Of a stretch of 64,000 nt of DNA, positions 40,190 to 52,800 are shown in pieces. This DNA comes from Eledone cirrhosa. Lineage: Eukaryota. Made by a program: the position numbers and the translations under genes. The stretch lies in contig OZ024744.1 of NCBI GenBank assembly GCA_964016885.1, forward strand, positions 4,278,001-4,342,000, read 5' to 3'. Every line of letters starts with the position of its first letter. Within the stretch, counting starts at the first letter, position 1. The notes beneath the pieces are model-generated. The model did not search any database. It saw nothing but the letters and a program-made list of their open reading frames with translations, and was not told the origin of the DNA.

Positions 40190-43100
40190 TATTTTGGTGA
40201 AGAACGAAGTTTTGACGGAAGACAAGGTAGAGAAAGATAGCTTGGTGAAGAATGACGTTTTGTGGGAAGACAAGGTAGAGAAAGATAGCTTGGTGAAGAA
40301 CGAAGTTTTGTGTGAAGACAAGCTAGAGAAAGATAGCTTGGTGAAGAACGAAGTTTTGAGGGAAGACAAGGTAGAGAAAGATAGCTTGGTGAATAACGAA
40401 GTTTTGGGAGAAGACAAGGTAGAGAAAGATAGCTTGGTGAAGAACGAAGTTTTGGGGGAAGACAAGTTAGAGAAAGATAGCTTGGTGAAGAACGAAGTTT
40501 TGAGGGAAGACAAGGTAGCGAAAGATAGCTTGGTGAATAACGAAGTTTTGGGCGAAGACAAGGTAGAGAAAGATAGCTTGGTGAATAACGAAGTTTTGGG
40601 AGAAGACAAGGTCGAGAAAGATAGCTTGGTGAAGAACGAAATTTTGAGGGAAGACAAGGTAGAGAAAGATAGCTTGGTGAAGAACGACGTTTTGAGGGAA
40701 GACAAAATAGAGAAAGATAGCTTGGTGAAGAACGACGTTTTGTGGGATGACAAGGTAGAGAAAGATGACTTGGTGAAGAACGAAGTTTTGGGGGAAGACA
40801 AGGTAGATAAAGATAGCTTGGTGAAGAAGGAAGTTTTGGGGGAAGACAAGGTAGAGAAAGATAGCTTGGTGAAGAACGACGTTTTGAGGGAAGACAAGGT
40901 AGAGAAAGATAGCTTGGTGAAGAACGAAGTTTTGGGGAAGACAATGTAGAGAAAGATAGCTTGGTGAAGAACGAAGTTTTGGGGGAAGACAAGGTAGAGA
41001 AAGATAGCTTGGTGAAGAACGAAGTTCTGAGGGAAGACAAGGTAGAGAAAGATAGCTTGGTGAAGAACGACGTTTTGTGGGAAGACAAGGTAGAGAAAGA
41101 TATCTTGGTGAAGAACGAAGTTTCGACGGAAGACAAGGTAGAGAAAGATAGCTTGCGAAGAACGAAGTTTTGGGGGAAGACAAGGTAGAGTAAGATAGCT
41201 TGGTGAAGAACGAAGTTTTGTGGGAGGACAAGGTAGAGAAAGATAGCTTGGTGAAGAACGACGTTTTGAGGGAAGACAAGGTAGAGAAAGGTAGCTTGGT
41301 GAAGAAAGAAGTTTTGACGGAAGACAAGGTAGAGAAAGATAGCTTGGTGAAGAATGACGTTTTGTGGGAAGACAATGTAGAGAAAGATAGCTTGGTGAAG
41401 AACGAAGTTTTGAGGAAAGACAAGGTAGAGAAAGATAGCTTGGTGAATAACGAAGTTTTGGGGGAAGACAAGGTCGAAAAAGATAGCTTGGTGAAGAACG
41501 AAGTTTTGAGAGAAGACAAGGTAGAGAAAGATAGCTTGGTGAAGAACGAAGTTTTGGGGGAAGACAAGGTAGAGAAAGATAGCTTGGTGAAGAACGAAGT
41601 TTTGAGGGAAGACAAGGTAGAGAAAGATAGCTTGGTGAAGAACGACGTTTTGTGGGAAGACAAGGTAGAGAAAGATAGCTTGGTGAAGAACGAAGTTTTG
41701 TGGGAAGACAAGGTAGAGAAAGATAGCTTGGTGAAGAACGAAGTTTTGGGGGAAGACAAGGTAGAGAAAGATAGCTTGGTGAAGAACGAAGTTTTGGGGG
41801 AAGACGAGGTAGAGAAAGATAGCTTGGTGAACAACGAAGTTTTGGGGGAAGACAAGGTAGAGAAAGATAGCTTGGTGAAGAACGAAGTTTTGGGGAAGAC
41901 AATGTAGAGAAAGATAGCTTGGTGAAGAACGAAGTGTTGGGGGAAGACAAGGTAGAGAAAGATAGCTTGGTGAAGAACGAAGGTTTGAGGGAAGACAAGG
42001 TAGAGAAAGATAGCTTGGTGAATAACGAAGTTTTGGGAGAAGACAAGGTAGAGAAAGATAGCTTGGTGAAGAACGACTTTTTGAGGGAAGACAAGGTAGA
42101 GAAAGATAGCTTGGTGAAGAACGAAGTTTTGGGGAAGACAATGTAGAGAAAGATAGCTTGGTGAAGAACGAAGTTTTGGGGGAAGACAAGGTAGAGAAAG
42201 ATAGCTTGTTGAAGAACGAAGTTCTGAGGGAAGACAAGGTAGAGAAAGATAGCTTGGTGAAGAACGAAGTTTTGGGAGAAGACAAGGTAGAGAAAGATAT
42301 CTTGGTGAAGAACGAAGTTTTGACGGAAGACAAGGTAGAGAAAGATAGCTTGGTGAAAAACGACGTTTTGTGGGAAGACAAGGTAGAGAAAGATAGCTTG
42401 GTGAAGAACGAAGTTTTGTGGGAAGACAAGGTAGAGAAAGATAGCTTGGTGAAGAACGAAGTTTTGGGGGAAGACAAGGTAGAGAAAGATAGCTTGGTGA
42501 AGAACGAAGTTTTGGGGGAACACGAGGTAGAGAAAGATAGCTTGGTGAACAACGAAGTTTTGGGGGAAGACAAGGTAGAGAAAGATAGCTTGGTGAATAA
42601 CGAAGTTTTGGGAGAAGACAAGGTAGAGACAGATAGCTTGGTGAAGAACGATGTTTTGAGGGAAGACAAGGTAGAGAAAGATAGTTTGGTGAAGAACGAA
42701 GTTTTGGGGGAAAAAAAGGTAGAGAAAGATAGTTTGGTGAAGAACGACGTTTTGTGGGAAGACAAGGTAGAGAAAGATAGCTTGGTGAAGAACGAAGTTT
42801 TGGGGGAAGACAAGGTAGAGAAAGATAGCTTGGTGAAGAACGAAGTTTTGAGGGAATGCAAAGTAGAGAAAGATAGCTTGATCAAGAACGAAGTTTTGAG
42901 GGAAGACATGGTAGAGAAAGATAGCTTGATGAAGAACGGAGTTTTGAGGGAAGACAAGATGGAGACAGATAGCTTGGTGAAGAACGAAGTTTTGAGGGAA
43001 GACAAGGTAGAGAAAGATAGTTTGGTGAAGAACGGAGTTTTGGGGGAAAAAAAGGTAGAGAAAGATAGCTTGGTGAAGAATGAAGTTTTGAGGGAAGACA

Positions 43101-46100
43101 ACGTAGAGAAAGATAGCTTGGTGAAGAACGAAGTTTTGAGGGAAGACAAGGTAGAGAAAGATAGCTTGATGAAGAACGAAGTTTTGAGGGAAGACAAGGT
43201 AGAGTAAGATAGCTTGATCAAGAACGAAGTTTTAGGGAAGACAAGGTAGAGAAAGATAGCTTGGTGAAGAACGACGTTTTGAGGGAAGACAAAGTAGAGA
43301 AAGATAGCTTGATGAAGAACGAAGTTTTGCAGGAAGGCAAGGTAGAGAAAGATAGCTTGGTGAATAACGAAGTTTTGAGGGAAGACAAGGTAGAGAAAGA
43401 TAGCTTGGTGAAGAACGATGTTTTGGGGGAAGACAAGGTAGAGAAAGATAGCTTGGTGAAGAACGAAGTTTTGAGGGAAGACAAGGTAGAGAAAGATAGC
43501 TTGGTGAAGAACGAAGTTTTGAGGGAAGACAAGGTAGAGAAAGATATTTTGGTGAAGAACGAAGTTTTGACGGAAGACAAGGTAGAGAAAGATAGCTTGG
43601 TGAAGAATGACGTTTTGTGGGAAGACAAGGTAGAGAAAGATAGCTTGGTGAAGAACGAAGTTTTGTGTGAAGACAAGCTAGAGAAAGATAGCTTGGTGAA
43701 GAACGAAGTTTTGAGGGAAGACAAGGTAGAGAAAGATAGCTTGGTGAATAACGAAGTTTTGGGAGAATACAAGGTAGAGAAAGATAGCTTGGTGAAGAAC
43801 GAAGTTTTGGGGGAAGACAAGGTAGAGAAAGATAGCTTGGTGAAGAACGAAGGTTTGAGGGAAGACAAGGTAGAGAAAGATAGCTTGGTGAATAACGAAG
43901 TTTTGGGAGAAGACAAGGTAGAGAAAGATAGCTTGGTGAAGAACGACTTTTTGAGGGAAGACAAGGTAGAGAAAGATAGCTTGGTGAAGAACGAAGTTTT
44001 GGGGAAGACAATGTAGAGAAAGATAGCTTGGTGAAGAACGAAGTTTTGGGGGAAGACAAGGTAGAGAAAGATAGCTTGTTGAAGAACGAAGTTCTGAGGG
44101 AAGACAAGGTAGAGAAAGATAGATTGGTGAAGAACGAAGTTTTGGGAGAAGACAAGGTAGAGAAAGATATCTTGGTGAAGAACGAAGTTTTGACGGAAGA
44201 CAAGGTAGAGAAAGATAGCTTGGTGAAGAACGACGTTTTGTGGGAAGACAAGGTAGAGAAAGATAGCTTGGTGAAGAACGAAGTTTTGTGGGAAGACAAG
44301 GTAGAGAAAGATAGCTTGGTGAAGAACGAAGTTTTGGGGGAAGACAAGGTAGAGAAAGATAGCTTGGTGAAGAACGAAGTTTTGGGGGAACACGAGGTAG
44401 AGAAAGATAGCTTGGTGAACAACGAAGTTTTGGGGGAAGACAAGGTAGAGAAAGATAGCTTGGTGAATAACGAAGTTTTGGGAGAAGACAAGGTAGAGAC
44501 AGATAGCTTGGTGAAGAACGATGTTTTGAGGGAAGACAAGGTAGAGAAAGATAGTTTGGTGAAGAACGAAGTTTTGGGGGAAAAAAAGGTAGAGAAAGAT
44601 AGCTTGGTGAAGAACGACGTTTTGTGGGAAGACAAGGTAGAGAAAGATAGCTTGGTGAAGAACGAAGTTTTGGGGGAAGACAAGGTAGAGAAAGATAGCT
44701 TGGTGAAGAACGAAGTTTTGAGGGAATGCAAAGTAGAGAAAGATAGCTTGATCAAGAACGAAGTTTTGAGGGAAGACATGGTAGAGAAAGATAGCTTGAT
44801 GAAGAACGGAGTTTTGAGGGAAGACAAGATGGAGACAGATAGCTTGGTGAAGAACGAAGTTTTGAGGGAAGACAAGGTAGAGAAAGATAGTTTGGTGAAG
44901 AACGGAGTTTTGGGGGAAAAAAAGGTAGAGAAAGATAGCTTGGTGAAGAACGAAGTTTTGAGGGAAGACAAGGTAGAGAAAGATAGCTTGGTGAAGAACG
45001 AAGTTTTGAGGGAAGACAAGGTAGAGAAAGATAGCTTGATGAAGAACGAAGTTTTGAGGGAAGACAAGGTAGAGTAAGATAGCTTGATCAAGAACGAAGT
45101 TTTGAGGGAAGACAAGGTAGAGAAAGATAGCTTGGTGAAGAACGACGTTTTGAGGGAAGACAAAGTAGAGAAAGATAGCTTGATGAAGAACGAAGTTTTG
45201 CAGGAAGGCAAGGTAGAGAAAGATAGCTTGGTGAATAACGAAGTTTTGAGGGAAGACAAGGTAGAGAAAGATAGCTTGGTGAAGAACGATGTTTTGGGGG
45301 AAGACAAGGTAGAGAAAGATAGCTTGGTGAAGAACGAAGTTTTGAGGGAAGACAAGGTAGAGAAAGATAGCTTGGTGAAGAACGAAGTTTTGAGGGAAGA
45401 CAAGGTAGAGAAAGATATTTTGGTGAAGAACGAAGTTTTGACGGAAGACAAGGTAGAGAAAGATAGCTTGGTGAAGAATGACGTTTTGTGGGAAGACAAG
45501 GTAGAGAAAGATAGCTTGGTGAAGAACGAAGTTTTGTGTGAAGACAAGCTAGAGAAAGATAGCTTGGTGAAGAACGAAGTTTTGAGGGAAGACAAGGTAG
45601 AGAAAGATAGCTTGGTGAATAACGAAGTTTTGGGAGAAGACAAGGTAGAGAAAGATAGCTTGGTGAAGAACGAAGTTTTGGGGGAAGACAAGGTAGAGAA
45701 AGATAGCTTGGTGAAGAACGAAGTTTTGAGGGAAGACAAGGTAGCGAAAGATAGCTTGGTGAATAACGAAGTTTTGGGCGAAGACAAGGTAGAGAAAGAT
45801 AGCTTGGTGAATAACGAAGTTTTGGGAGAAGACAAGGTCGAGAAAGATAGCTTGGTGAAGAACGAAATTTTGAGGGAAGACAAGGTAGAGAAAGATAGCT
45901 TGGTGAAGAACGACGTTTTGAGGGAAGACAAAATAGAGAAAGATAGCTTGGTGAAGAACGACGTTTTGTGGGATGACAAGGTAGAGAAAGATGACTTGGT
46001 GAAGAACGAAGTTTTGGGGGAAGACAAGGTAGATAAAGATAGCTTGGTGAAGAACGAAGTTTTGGGGGAAGACAAGGTAGAGAAAGATAGCTTGGTGAAG

Positions 46101-48750
46101 ATCGACGTTTTGAGGGAAGACAAGGTAGAGAAAGATAGCTTGGTGAAGAACGAAGTTTTGGGGAAGACAATGTAGAGAAAGATAGCTTGGTGAAGAACGA
46201 AGTTTTGGGGGAAGACAAGGTAGAGAAAGATAGCTTGGTGAAGAACGAAGTTCTGAGGGAAGACAAGGTAGAGAAAGATAGCTTGGTGAAGAACGACGTT
46301 TTGTGGGAAGACAAGGTAGAGAAAGATATCTTGGTGAAGAACGAAGTTTCGACGGAAGACAAGGTAGAGAAAGATAGCTTGCGAAGAACGAAGTTTTGGG
46401 GGAAGACAAGGTAGAGTAAGATAGCTTGGTGAAGAACGAAGTTTTGTGGGAGGACAAGGTAGAGAAAGATAGCTTGGTGAAGAACGACGTTTTGAGGGAA
46501 GACAAGGTAGAGAAAGGTAGCTTGGTGAAGAACGAAGTTTTGACGGAAGACAAGGTAGAGAAAGATAGCTTGGTGAAGAATGACGTTTTGTGGGAAGACA
46601 ATGTAGAGAAAGATAGCTTGGTGAAGAACGATGTTTTGAGGAAAGACAAGGTAGAGAAAGATAGCTTGGTGAATAACGAAGTTTTGGGGGAAGACAAGGT
46701 CGAAAAAGATAGCTTGGTGAAGAACGAAGTTTTGAGAGAAGACAAGGTAGAGAAAGATAGCTTGGTGAAGAACGAAGTTTTGGGGGAAGACAAGGTAGAG
46801 AAAGATAGCTTGGTGAAGAACGAAGTTTTGAGGGAAGACAAGGTAGAGAAAGATAGCTTGGTGAAGAACGACGTTTTGTGGGAAGACAAGGTAGAGAAAG
46901 ATAGCTTGGTGAAGAACGAAGTTTTGTGGGAAGACAAGGTAGAGAAAGATAGCTTGGTGAAGAACGAAGTTTTGGGGGAAGACAAGGTAGAGAAAGATAG
47001 CTTGGTGAAGAACGAAGTTTTGGGGGAAGACGAGGTAGAGAAAGATAGCTTGGTGAACAACGAAGTTTTGGGGGAAGACAAGGTAGAGAAAGATAGCTTG
47101 GTGAAGAACGAAGTTTTGGGGAAGACAATGTAGAGAAAGATAGCTTGGTGAAGAACGAAGTGTTGGGGGAAGACAAGGTAGAGACAGATAGCTTGGTGAA
47201 GAACGAAGGTTTGAGGGAAGACAAGGTAGAGAAAGATAGCTTGGTGAATAACGAAGTTTTGGGAGAAGACAAGGTAGAGAAAGATAGCTTGGTGAAGAAC
47301 GACTTTTTGAGGGAAGACAAGGTAGAGAAAGATAGCTTGGTGAAGAACGAAGTTTTGGGGAAGACAATGTAGAGAAAGATAGCTTGGTGAGGAACGAAGT
47401 TTTGGGGGAAGACAAGGTAGAGAAAGATAGCTTGTTGAAGAACGAAGTTCTGAGGGAAGACAAGGTAGAGAAAGATAGCTTGGTGAAGAACGAAGTTTTG
47501 GGAGAAGACAAGGTAGAGAAAGATATCTTGGTGAAGAACGAAGTTTTGACGGAAGACAAGGTAGAGAAAGATAGCTTGGTGAAGAACGACGTTTTGTGGG
47601 AAGACAAGGTAGAGAAAGATAGCTTGGTGAAGAACGAAGTTTTGTGGGAAGACAAGGTAGAGAAAGATAGCTTGGTGAAGAACGAAGTTTTGGGGGAAGA
47701 CAAGGTAGAGAAAGATAGCTTGGTGAAGAACGAAGTTTTGGGGGAACACGAGGTAGAGAAAGATAGCTTGGTGAACAACGAAGTTTTGGGGGAAGACAAG
47801 GTAGAGAAAGATAGCTTGGTGAATAACGAAGTTTTGGGAGAAGACAAGGTAGAGACAGATAGCTTGGTGAAGAACGATGTTTTGAGGGAAGACAAGGTAG
47901 AGAAAGATAGTTTGGTGAAGAACGAAGTTTTGGGGGAAAAAAAGGTAGAGAAAGATAGCTTGGTGAAGAACGACGTTTTGTGGGAAGACAAGGTAGAGAA
48001 AGATAGCTTGGTGAAGAACGAAGTTTTGGGGGAAGACAAGGTAGAGAAAGATAGCTTGGTGAAGAACGAAGTTTTGAGGGAATGCAAAGTAGAGAAAGAT
48101 AGCTTGATCAAGAACGAAGTTTTGAGGGAAGACAAGGTAGAGAAAGATAGCTTGATGAAGAACGGAGTTTTGAGGGAAGACAAGATGGAGACAGATAGCT
48201 TGGTGAAGAACGAAGTTTTGAGGGAAGACAAGGTAGAGAAAGATAGTTTGGTGAAGAACGGAGTTTTGGGGGAAAAAAAGGTAGAGAAAGATAGCTTGGT
48301 GAAGAACGAAGTTTTGAGGGAAGACAAGGTAGAGAAAGATAGCTTGGTGAAGAACGAAGTTTTGAGGGAAGACAAGGTAGAGAAAGATAGCTTGATGAAG
48401 AACGAAGTTTTGAGGGAAGACAAGGTAGAGTAAGATAGCTTGATCAAGAACGAAGTTTTGAGGGAAGACAAGGTAGAGAAAGATAGCTTGGTGAAGAACG
48501 ACGTTTTGAGGGAAGACAAAGTAGAGAAAGATAGCTTGATGAAGAACGAAGTTTTGCAGGAAGGCAAGGTAGAGAAAGATAGCTTGGTGAATAACGAAGT
48601 TTTGAGGGAAGACAAGGTAGAGAAAGATAGCTTGGTGAAGAACGATGTTTTGGGGGAAGACAAGGTAGAGAAAGATAGCTTGGTGAAGAACGAAGTTTTG
48701 AGGGAAGACAAGGTAGAGAAAGATAGCTTGGTGAAGAACGAAGTTTTGAG
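40190..48750. repeat. Nested duplications: ~40.2-43.5 kb repeated at +5,226; ~42.0-43.7 kb repeated at +1,870
   Basis: Private variants TTTCGACGG (~41121, ~46347) and GAAGTGTTGG (~41931, ~47157). ORF pairs 40961/46187, 41919/47145 and 42158/47384. GACATG at ~42905 and ~44775 with ORF pair 42158/44028. Confidence 0.8.
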
Positions 48751-49854
48751 GGAAGACAAGGTAGAGAAAGATAGCTTGATCAAGAACGAAGTTTTGAGGG
48801 AAGACAAGGTAGAGAAAGATAGCTTGGTGAAGAACGAAGTTTTGAGGGAAGACAAGGTAGAGATGGATAGCTTGTGAAGAACGAAGTTTTGGGGGAAGAC
48901 AAGGTAGAGAAAGATAGCTTGGTGAAGAACGAACGAAGTTTTGAGGGAAGACAAGGTAGAGAAAGATAGCTTGGTGAAGAACGAAGTTTTGAGGGAAGAT
49001 AAGGTAGAGAAAGATAGCTTAGTGAAGAACGAAGTTTTGAGGGAAGACAAGGTAGAGAAAGATAGCTTGATCAAGAACGAAGTTTTGAGGGAAGACAAGG
49101 TAGAGAAAGATAGCTTGGTGAAGAACGAAGTTTTGAGGGAAGACAATGTAGAGAAGGATAGCTTGTGAAGAACGAAGTTTTGGGGAAAGACAAGGTAGAG
49201 AAAGATAGCTTGGTGAAGAACGAACGAAGTTTTGAGGGAAGACAAGGTAGAGAAAGATAGCTTGGTGAAGAACGACGTTTTGAGGGAAGACAAAGTAGAG
49301 AACGATAGCTTGATGAAGAACGGAGTTTTGAGGGAAGACAAGATAGAGAAAGATAGCTTGGTGAAGAACGAAGTTTTGAGGGAAGACAAGGTAGAGAAAG
49401 ATAGCTTGGTGAAGAACGAAGTTTTGGGGGAAAAAAAGGTAGAGAAAGATAGATTGGTGAAGAACGAAGTTTCGAGGGAAGACAAGGTAGAGAAAGATAG
49501 CTTGGTGAAGAACGAAGTTTTGAGGGAAGACAAGGTAGAGAAAGATAGCTTGTTGAAGAACGAAGTTTTGAGGGAATGCAAGGTAGAGAAAGATAGCTTG
49601 ATCAAGAACGAAGTTTTGAGGGAAGACAAGGTAGAGAAAGATAGCTTGGTGAAGAACGAAGTTTTGAGGGAAGACAAGGTAGAGAAGGATAGTTTGGTGA
49701 AGAACGAAGTTTTGGGGGAAAAAAAGGTAGAGAAAGATAGATTGGTGAAGAACGAAGTTTCGAGGGAAGACAAGGTAGAGAAAGATAGCTTGGTGAAGAA
49801 CGAAGTTTTGAGGGAAGACAAGGTAGAGAAAGATAGCTTGTTGAAGAACGAAGT

Positions 49855-52800
49855 TTTGAGGGAATGCAAGGTAGAGAAAGATAGCTTGATCAAGAACGAA
49901 GTTTTGAGGGAAGACAAGGTAGAGAAAGATAGCTTGGTGAAGAACGAAGTTTTGAGGGAAGACAACGTAGAGAAGGATAGCTTGTGAAGAACGAAGTTTT
50001 GGGGGAAGACAAGGTAGAGAAAGATAGCTTGGTGAAGAACGAACGAAGTTTTGAGGGAAGACAAGGTAGAGAAAGATAGCTTGGTGAAGAACGACGTTTT
50101 GAGGGAAGACAAAGTAGAGAACGATAGCTTGATGAAGAACGGAGTTTTGAGGGAAGACAAGATAGAGAAAGATAGCTTGGTGAAGAACGAAGTTTTGAGG
50201 GAAGACAAGGTAGAGAAAGATAGCTTGGTGAAGAACGAAGTTTTGATGGAAGACAAGGTATAGAAAGATAGCTTGATCAAGAACGAAGTTTTGAGGGAAG
50301 ACAAGGTAGAGAAAGATAGCTTGGTGAAGAACAAAGTTTTGAGGGAAGACAAGGTAGAGAAGGATAGCTTGTGAAGAACGAAGTTTTGGGGGAAGACAAG
50401 GTAGAGAATGATAGCTTGGTGAAGAACGAACGAAGTTTTGAGGGAAGACAAGGTAGAGAAAGATAGCTTGGTGAAGAACGACGTTTCGAGGGAAGACAAA
50501 GTAGAGAACGATAGCTTGATGAAGAACGGAGTTTTGAGGGAAGACAAGATAGAGAAAGATAGCTTGGTGAAGAACGAAGTTTTGAGGGAAGACAAGGTAG
50601 AGAAAGATAGTTTGGTGAAGAACGGAGTTTTGGGGGAAAAAAAGGTAGGGAAAGATAGCTTGGTGAAGAACGAAGTTTTGAGGGAAGACAAGGTAGAGAA
50701 AGATAGCTTGGTGAAGAACGAAGTTTTGAGGGAAGACAAGGTAGAGAAAGATTGCTTGATGAAGAACGAAGTTTTGAGGGAAGACAAGGTAGAGAAAGTT
50801 AGCTTGGTGAAGAACGAAGTTTTGAGGGAAGAGAAGGTAGAGAAAGATAGTTTGGTGAAGAACGAAGTTTTGGGGGAAAAAAAGGTAGAGAAAGATAGCT
50901 TGGTGAAGAACGAAGTTTTGAGGGAAGACAAGGTAGAGAAAGATAGCTTGGTGAGGAACGAAGTTTTGAGGGAAGACAAGGTAGAGAAAGATAGCTTGAT
51001 CAAGAACGAAGTTTTGAGGGAAGACAAGGTAGAGAAAGATAGCTTGGTGAAGAACGAAGTTTTGAGGGAAGACAAGGTAGAGAAGGATAGCTTGTGAAGA
51101 ACGAAGTTTTGGGGGAAGACAAGGTAGAGAAAGATAGCTTGATCAAGAACGAAGTTTTGAGGGAAGACAAGGTAGAGAAAGATAGCTTGGTGAAGAACGA
51201 ACGAAGTTTTGAGGGAAGACAAGGTAGAGAAAGATAGCTTGGTGAAGAACGAAGTTTTGAGGGAAGATAAGGTAGAGAAAGATAGCTTGGTGAAGAACGA
51301 AGTTTTGAGGGAAGACAAGGTAGAGAAGGATAGCTTGTGAAGAACGAAGTTTTGGGGGAAGGCAACGTAGAGTAAGATAGCTTGGTGAAGAACGAACGAA
51401 GTTTTGAGGGAAGACAAGGTAGAGAAAGATAGTTTGGTGAAGAACGAAGTTTTGGGGGAAAAAAAGGTAGAGAAAGATAGCTTGGTGAAGAACGAAGTTT
51501 TGAGGGAAGACAAGGTAGAGAAAGATAGCTTGGTGAAGAACGAAGTTTTGAGGGAATGCAAGGTAGAGAAAGATAGCTTGATCAAGAACGAAGTTTTGAG
51601 GGAAGACAAGGTAGAGAAAGATAGCTTGGTGAAGAACGAAGTTTTGAGGGAAGACAAGGTAGAGAAGGATAGCTTGTGAAGAACGAAGTTTTGGGGGAAG
51701 ACAAGGTAGAGAAAGATAGCTTGGTGAAGAACGAACGAAGTTTTGAGGGAAGACAAGGTAGAGAAAGATAGCTTGGTGAAGAACGACGTTTTGAGGGAAG
51801 ACAAAGTAGAGAACGATAGCTTGATGAAGAACGGAGTTTTGAGGGAAGACAAGATAGAGAAAGATAGCTTGGTGAAGAACGAACGAAGTTTTGAGGGAAG
51901 ACAAGGTAGAGAAAGATAGTTTGGTGAAGAACGAAGTTTTGGGGGAAAAAAAGGTAGAGAAAGATAGCTTGGTGAAGAACGAAGTTTTGAGGGAAGACAA
52001 GGTAGAGAAAGATAGCTTGGTGAAGAACGAAGTTTTGAGGGAAGTCAAGGTAGAGAAAGATAGCTTGGTGAAGAACGAAGTTTTGAGGGAATGCAAGGTA
52101 GAGAAAGATAGCTTGATCAAGAACGAAGTTTTGAGGGAAGACAAATTAGAGAAAGATAGCTTGGTGAAGAACGAAGTTTTGAGGGAAGACAAGGTAGAGA
52201 AGGATAGCTTGTGAAGAACGAAGTTTTGGGGGAAGACAAGGTAGAGAAAGATAGCTTGGTGAAGAACGAACGAAGTTTTGAGGGAAGACAAGGTAGAGAA
52301 AGATAGCCTGGTGAAGAACGACGTTTTGAGGGAAGACAAAGTAGAGAACGATAGCTTGATGAAGAACGGAGTTTTGAGGGAAGACAAGATAGAGAAAGAT
52401 AGCTTGGTGAAGAACGAAGTTTTGAGGGAAGACAAGGTAGAGAAAGATAGCTTGGTGAAGAACGAAGTTTTGATGGAAGACAAGGTATAGAAAGATAGCT
52501 TGATCAAGAACGAAGTTTTGAGGGAAGACAAGGTAGAGAAAGATAGCTTGGTGAAGAACAAAGTTTTGAGGGAAGACAAGGTAGAGAAGGATAGCTTGTG
52601 AAGAACGAAGTTTTGGGGGAAGACAAGGTAGAGAATGATAGCTTGGTGAAGAACGAACGAAGTTTTGAGGGAAGACAAGGTAGAGAAAGATAGCTTGGTG
52701 AAGAACGACGTTTCGAGGGAAGACAAAGTAGAGAACGATAGCTTGATGAAGAACGGAGTTTTGAGGGAAGACAAGATAGAGAAAGATAGCTTGGTGAAGA

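Larger units (their letters stand above)
1..48860. repeat. Subdomain A of the array: GGG/AGG/TGG/ACG monomers in irregular higher-order repeats
   Basis: Markers confined to this part: 47-bp monomer TTTTGGGGAAGACAAT (last ~47360), 47-bp monomer CTTGCGAAG (last ~46380), GATATC, AATAAC, TTGACGG and TATGAAGACAAGCTA. Confidence 0.85.

Noticed and set aside
3910-43240. Singleton 1-bp deletions at ~3917, ~25065, ~30668 and ~43233
   Set aside because: Each is absent from sibling copies and cannot be told apart from sequencing error without reads.
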